Positions 60,013-64,000 of a stretch of 64,000 nucleotides of DNA are shown piece after piece. Origin of the DNA: a bacterium (lineage in GTDB: Bacteria; UBA8248; JACPRG01; G963555815); contig CAUVWX020000001.1 of the NCBI GenBank assembly GCA_963555815.3, positions 1,088,001-1,152,000 on the forward strand. The letters are read 5' to 3'. The translations under genes were made by a program, and so were the position numbers. Numbering within the stretch: position 1 is the stretch's first letter; every line of letters begins with the position of its first letter. The notes under the pieces are model-generated. The model worked only from the letters and a program-made list of their open reading frames with translations, did not search any database and was not told where the DNA came from.

Positions 60013-60875
60013 GTTCTCAGGCCGAACCGCTTGAGGATCTCAACAGAGTCCTCAAGCAGACCCCTATCCCATACCTGGATCGGGCGAGGGCCTACCCGTT
60101 CGTCAAATGGGCAGGCGGCAAAAGGTCTTTGATTCCTGAGATCGTCAAGGTATTGCCTCCCCAATTTGGCCGCTATTATGAGCCTTTCGTTGGTGGTGGG
60201 GCAGTGTTCTTTTCCATCGATTCTCGCATTCAATCAGCATATCTGTCCGACATAAACGTTGAGCTCATGATTACATATAAGGTGATTGAGACCAATCCGG
60301 ATAAGTTAATTGATGAGCTGGTAGTGCATAGCAAGAAACACAACAAACCCCATTATCTCAGTGTGCGAAAAAACGGACACGGCGAAGCCGATCAGGTGCG
60401 TTTGGCCGCGCGATTCATTTACCTGAATAGGACTTGTTACAATGGCCTTTACAGGGTGAACAAGCAGAGGAAATTCAATGTCCCCATGGGCAGCTATAAA
60501 AAACCCAGAATATGTGACGAAGACAATATCCGCGCCACTTCCGAGGTCCTGAAGAAAGCAACCATAAGATTTCACTCTTTTGAAGACATCGAACCCGGGG
60601 AGAACGATCTCGTTTATTGCGATCCGCCATACCATGAGACTTTCGACGGATATACCGACCGGGGATTTGACGAGAATCATCATCGGGACTTGCGAGAAGC
60701 GTGTGTTCGATGGCGTAATGATGGCGCTTATGTGATTGTCTCAAACAATGACACCTCCCTTATACGTTCTCTTTATAAGAACTTCCGACTTATTAAGGTC
60801 CAGGGGGCGAGGAATATCAGTTGTAAGGGCGATGAGAGAGAGAAAGCATCTGAATTGCTCATACTCGGATATTGA
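60009..60875 (+). CDS. Dam-family N6-adenine DNA methyltransferase
   Basis: KWAGGK, YEPFVGGGAVFF, YNGLYRVN..FNVP.G, YCDPPY; ATGA overlap with the transposase. Confidence 0.93.
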   Translation: MSSQAEPLEDLNRVLKQTPIPYLDRARAYPFVKWAGGKRSLIPEIVKVLPPQFGRYYEPFVGGGAVFFSIDSRIQSAYLSDINVELMITYKVIETNPDKLIDELVVHSKKHNKPHYLSVRKNGHGEADQVRLAARFIYLNRTCYNGLYRVNKQRKFNVPMGSYKKPRICDEDNIRATSEVLKKATIRFHSFEDIEPGENDLVYCDPPYHETFDGYTDRGFDENHHRDLREACVRWRNDGAYVIVSNNDTSLIRSLYKNFRLIKVQGARNISCKGDEREKASELLILGY

Positions 60876-60890
60876 CCAAGGAGGCGAAGA

Positions 60891-61085
60891 ATGAACCGTC
60901 CTATCAATGCAGAGGCTTCAATGCTTTCTCAGGTTAAGGAGAATGCTGTGGATGTTGCGGGAGCGGTGAACTATTTCGAGCAGCGGATCGACATTCTTGA
61001 GAGGAATCTCATGGATGTCATGGTGGACGGATTCAAAAAGCTTGGTGTGGACATAGAGATAGAGAACCCAGATGGTGATGATTGA
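60891..61085 (+). CDS. 64-aa hypothetical protein
   Basis: AAGGAGG RBS; TGATG overlap with the next gene. Confidence 0.65.
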   Translation: MNRPINAEASMLSQVKENAVDVAGAVNYFEQRIDILERNLMDVMVDGFKKLGVDIEIENPDGDD

Positions 61086-61552
61086 TGGCACTGAAGTCAG
61101 GAGGGACATCCGCGAACATATCTGGTTCTCAACTAGAGCGGTTTGTAGCTGAGAAACTTGACGATCGAGGCTATCAGTTTGTCCCTCGTGAGCAGTTCTA
61201 TCCCGCCCGCGTCTTGGAACAAACCATCTACACCCAGCAATTTGAGATTGGGAAGAGCATCTACGGGAAAAACCGATTAGTAGACGTGATTCTCTACCAC
61301 CCATCCTTGTGGCCTGATTGCCTTTGTATTCAGTGTAAATGGCAAACCTCAGGAGGTAGCGTCGATGAGAAATATCCCTACGAAGTTCTTTCAATAGCCA
61401 AGAACGACGTGGATACCATCATCATCCTTGACGGAGACGGATACTCACAAGGGGCGCGTCAATGGCTATTGGACCAAGCCGGAAAGAACAGGCTAAAGCA
61501 TGTGTTCAATCAGGGCAAGTTCTCAAGATTCGCCACGAAAGGCAGAATTTAG
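61085..61552 (+). CDS. PD-(D/E)XK-superfamily nuclease (putative restriction endonuclease)
   Basis: G.QLE...VD.IL...IQCKWQ..GGSVDEK pattern; adjacent to the MTase. Confidence 0.75.
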   Translation: MALKSGGTSANISGSQLERFVAEKLDDRGYQFVPREQFYPARVLEQTIYTQQFEIGKSIYGKNRLVDVILYHPSLWPDCLCIQCKWQTSGGSVDEKYPYEVLSIAKNDVDTIIILDGDGYSQGARQWLLDQAGKNRLKHVFNQGKFSRFATKGRI

Positions 61553-61574
61553 GATCGTCTAAGGGATAGATCCC

Positions 61575-62618
61575 ATTATTAAAGTAGGACTGCATGTCAA
61601 AGGAGGGTACTTTTAACGGGCGAATCGCCTCTTCCGTTAACCCCCCGATGAAGGGCATGTGCTTTGCCCGTATCCTGGCATGAGGTAAGTGTGCCTGACG
61701 GACGTATAGCAATTTCATGCCTCGGGATTGCCCCTCTTCAATTAGACTCCTCAGCACGTCGACATAGCGCACCATGCCTCCAGTCAGGAATTTCTGACCC
61801 CTCCCTGTTTGTTCCAGAGCTATCCTCTTGTCTCTGCCCATCAGGGCCCTCTTTCTGACCGCTTCGAGCTCTTCTGGAGAGATTTGTCCTTCCTTAGGGG
61901 AGCAGCGCTCCTCCTCAATGTTTTGATCATAGAGATTCGTCAACCCCTCTCCTATCCAGATCGATAATTTCTCCCGGAGGATCAGAATGGAAAGGGCCCG
62001 ATTAGAAAACGCGTTCAAAATGCGGACAAACTCTGGGATGTTTTTTCGCAAACATTCGCTAATGCCGAAGATGGTATCCAGATCGTTCCACCCTAGATAG
62101 AGGACCCCAATGTGGAACCGATAGTTTTTTAAGTGTCCCAAAAAAAGGTCCCTGACATCTTCGGCTCTACCTCCTATGATGCCTGCGTTGACCACCTCAA
62201 ATTTTCGTGGGGAATAGAGCTGGGTGAGCTTCGCCTCAAGCTGCTCCGGCCAGGTTTCTCCGTCGCGATTTCCCGCCCCCCAGGTACTGGAGCCCCCGAG
62301 GGCGAGAATCCGGATGGTATTAGGGTCAGGTTCTGGCCCGAAGTCTTTTCCCCTCAGACCTAGCCGGTTGATTCGGGTGCCACCTGGGACGTCGTGTCTC
62401 ACCACGACGGTGTTCGGGGGAAGCGCGTACCCCTCCCCGGAACGGCTCTGGGTAACCCTATTTTTTGGTAAGCCCCAGTAGAGAAAGCGTGTCTCCTGGG
62501 TCGTGAAGTAATACCGAACCCGAACACCGGACTCCACGAGGACGACGAGGACAATGGTCGGTAGTAAGGCGAAAAGGATGTATTTACCGATTCTTTTGGG
62601 GTTTGCTTTAGATTTCAT
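61575..62618 (-). pseudogene. membrane-anchored SGNH/GDSL hydrolase, N-terminal part, IS-disrupted
   Basis: TM helix, INRLGLRG, ILALGGSSTWG, VVNAG, YLGWND; the His block lies beyond the IS. Confidence 0.88.
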
Positions 62619-62745
62619 CACTGGACTTAAAACGATCTCGGAAGAATCCGCTCGTGGGAGCGTCCGAGAAGAGGGCTCCAGAAGTCCAAGCTCGTTTCCC
62701 GCCTCCCATCTCGACTGTAACAACTCATTTTAACTCTTTTCCCTC

Positions 62746-62819
62746 AGCAGCTTCACTTCCTCCCATTTGGGTTGTATCTGTTTGTCCAATGGATTCCCTC
62801 GGAGGGGTTGAGGGCCTCC
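62746..62819. repeat. 74-bp perfect direct repeat, copy 2
   Basis: Identical to 58643-58716. Confidence 0.97.
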
Positions 62820-63772
62820 CGAGGAAACTGTCTCGGCTCCATGGTGTGGAGGATGTCCATGTATTGGATGACGTTGAAGGGTGTTATCAGCCCATCGGGG
62901 GAGAGGGAATCCTTCAGGGCTTCGATAGAAAGCTGGACGATCTCGCGGGGGATCCTGGGAAAGAATTTTTCTGCCGCGTCGACAGCTGCAGTCAAGTTCT
63001 CGCGCCAGAAGCGGTTGGCCGCATTCATAGCCCGGACAAAAGCTCGGACTTCTCTCTCATGCTCCTCGGCCCACTCCTTGGTGACGGTGATCCCCACATG
63101 CTCGAAGTTGACGAAAGCAGGCACGTCTCCTGCGGAGCTTTTGATGATGATCTTCCCGAAACCCTCTTCTTCCAAAAGCAAGGGGGTGGGGTGAGGGAGC
63201 ATGAGGGCGTCGATCTCTCCTGCGCGAAAGGCCTGAGCCAGCGTCGTCACCGTTCCGAGGAAGGTGAAAAAGATGTTTTCGCCAAGGCCCAGACGAGCCT
63301 TTTCTAGGTAGTAGCGGAGCGCGACATCGTCGAGAGCGTCTTCGGCCGTAACCCCAATGTCCATCCCCTTCAACGCCTTAAAGCGTTGCATGATGGGCAA
63401 ATCCCGGCTGAGGCCCTTGGCCTCGATCACCTCGTTTCGGACCACAAGGTCCATAGTCATCCGGTTGGCTATGCTGTAGATTCGGACGAGGTGTTTTCCC
63501 TGCTGGCGGAGAAGGACGGTCTCCCCGATATTCGTGGCGGAGGAGAATTGGGCCTCTTTGGCCAAAAGGGTGAGGGCCGCATGGGAGCCCGCACTCACCC
63601 CGAGCATCTCCACCGTCAAGCCCTCTTTGGCGAAGAAGCCTTGTTCCTTGGCCACATAGAAGGGAGTCAGGTGGAGGGCGTTGACGTGGGTCACGTAGAG
63701 GATCGGCTGGGCGTGGGTCTGAGACGCCAGAAGCCCTGCCGCCAGGACCCTCCATGGCCTGCTTCGTCTCAT
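62753..63772 (-). CDS. ABC transporter substrate-binding protein, NMT1/SsuA/THI5-like
   Basis: Signal peptide; PFYVAKEQGFFAKEGL.VE; WTNRY C-terminus. Confidence 0.85.
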   Translation of the reverse strand: MRRSRPWRVLAAGLLASQTHAQPILYVTHVNALHLTPFYVAKEQGFFAKEGLTVEMLGVSAGSHAALTLLAKEAQFSSATNIGETVLLRQQGKHLVRIYSIANRMTMDLVVRNEVIEAKGLSRDLPIMQRFKALKGMDIGVTAEDALDDVALRYYLEKARLGLGENIFFTFLGTVTTLAQAFRAGEIDALMLPHPTPLLLEEEGFGKIIIKSSAGDVPAFVNFEHVGITVTKEWAEEHEREVRAFVRAMNAANRFWRENLTAAVDAAEKFFPRIPREIVQLSIEALKDSLSPDGLITPFNVIQYMDILHTMEPRQFPREALNPSEGIHWTNRYNPNGRK

Positions 63773-63841
63773 CGCACGAGGACTCTCAGGGTGATGGAGC
63801 AAGATGGGGGGGCTGCCATGGTGGCCGCTCCTCTTTGCTGT

Positions 63842-64000
63842 TTAGAACTCGATGAGGGAGAAAATCTCATGGTTTTTAAGGCGCTCTCGCCCCTTGAGGA
63901 AAGTCAGTTCGACCAGGAAGGCGAGCCCCATCACGACCCCCTGCAATCTCTCCACCAGCTCGACGGCTGCCGCTGAGGTTCCCCCGGTCGCCAGGAGGTC
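63842..64000 (-). CDS. apt: adenine phosphoribosyltransferase (3' end only)
   Basis: Read manually: DLLATGGT...[14 protein letters not shown]...FSLIEF*. Confidence 0.9.
   Translation of the reverse strand, partial: DLLATGGTSAAAVELVERLQGVVMGLAFLVELTFLKGRERLKNHEIFSLIEF

Larger units (their letters stand above)
59029..61574 (+). mobile_element. IS1595-family transporter IS carrying MTase and nuclease passengers
   Basis: 24-bp imperfect terminal IRs (18/24 match), 8-bp TSD ATTATTAA at 59021-59028 and 61575-61582. Confidence 0.93.

Noticed and set aside
61506..61574. C-terminus GIYPLDDPKFCLSWRILRTCPD of the SGNH ORF
   Set aside because: It is read-through into the IS right end, not the native terminus.

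Overview
This is a ~60% GC diderm bacterial chromosome segment. The housekeeping backbone comprises yceD-rpmF-plsX-fabH-fabD-fabG-acpP-fabF, ppx/pit, pckA, rhodanese-moeB, nagZ, kdsD/kdsC, the methylmalonyl-CoA mutase large subunit, alaS, bioB-bioF-bioA, ndh, ftsB, hemL, mtnP, asd-leuB-leuD-leuC and apt. Three accessory zones interrupt it. (1) A decayed tandem island array sits at the 3' end of tRNA-Arg(CCG) (11110-18392). It has two displaced tRNA 3' fragments, a truncated tyrosine integrase and a frameshifted Xis-like gene. Its cargo is partitioned by three copies (two complete, one partial) of an unannotated 43-codon ORF. (2) A small islet of secreted and membrane genes lies downstream of tRNA-fMet. 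(3) A nested element at 58643-62819 is bounded by a perfect 74-bp direct repeat and encloses an SGNH hydrolase gene. That gene is split by an apparently complete 2546-bp IS1595-family transposon with 24-bp inverted repeats and an 8-bp ATTATTAA target duplication. The transposon carries a Dam-type methyltransferase, a 64-aa ORF and a PD-(D/E)XK nuclease as passengers. Also notable are a B12-binding radical SAM protein with a C-U-A-E-P tail (in-frame UGA, probable selenoprotein), an IPCT/DIPPS-like bifunctional enzyme, an in-frame TAG in the tRNA nucleotidyltransferase gene and a probable CTG start for mtnP. All family assignments come from motifs recognised by eye; no searches were run.
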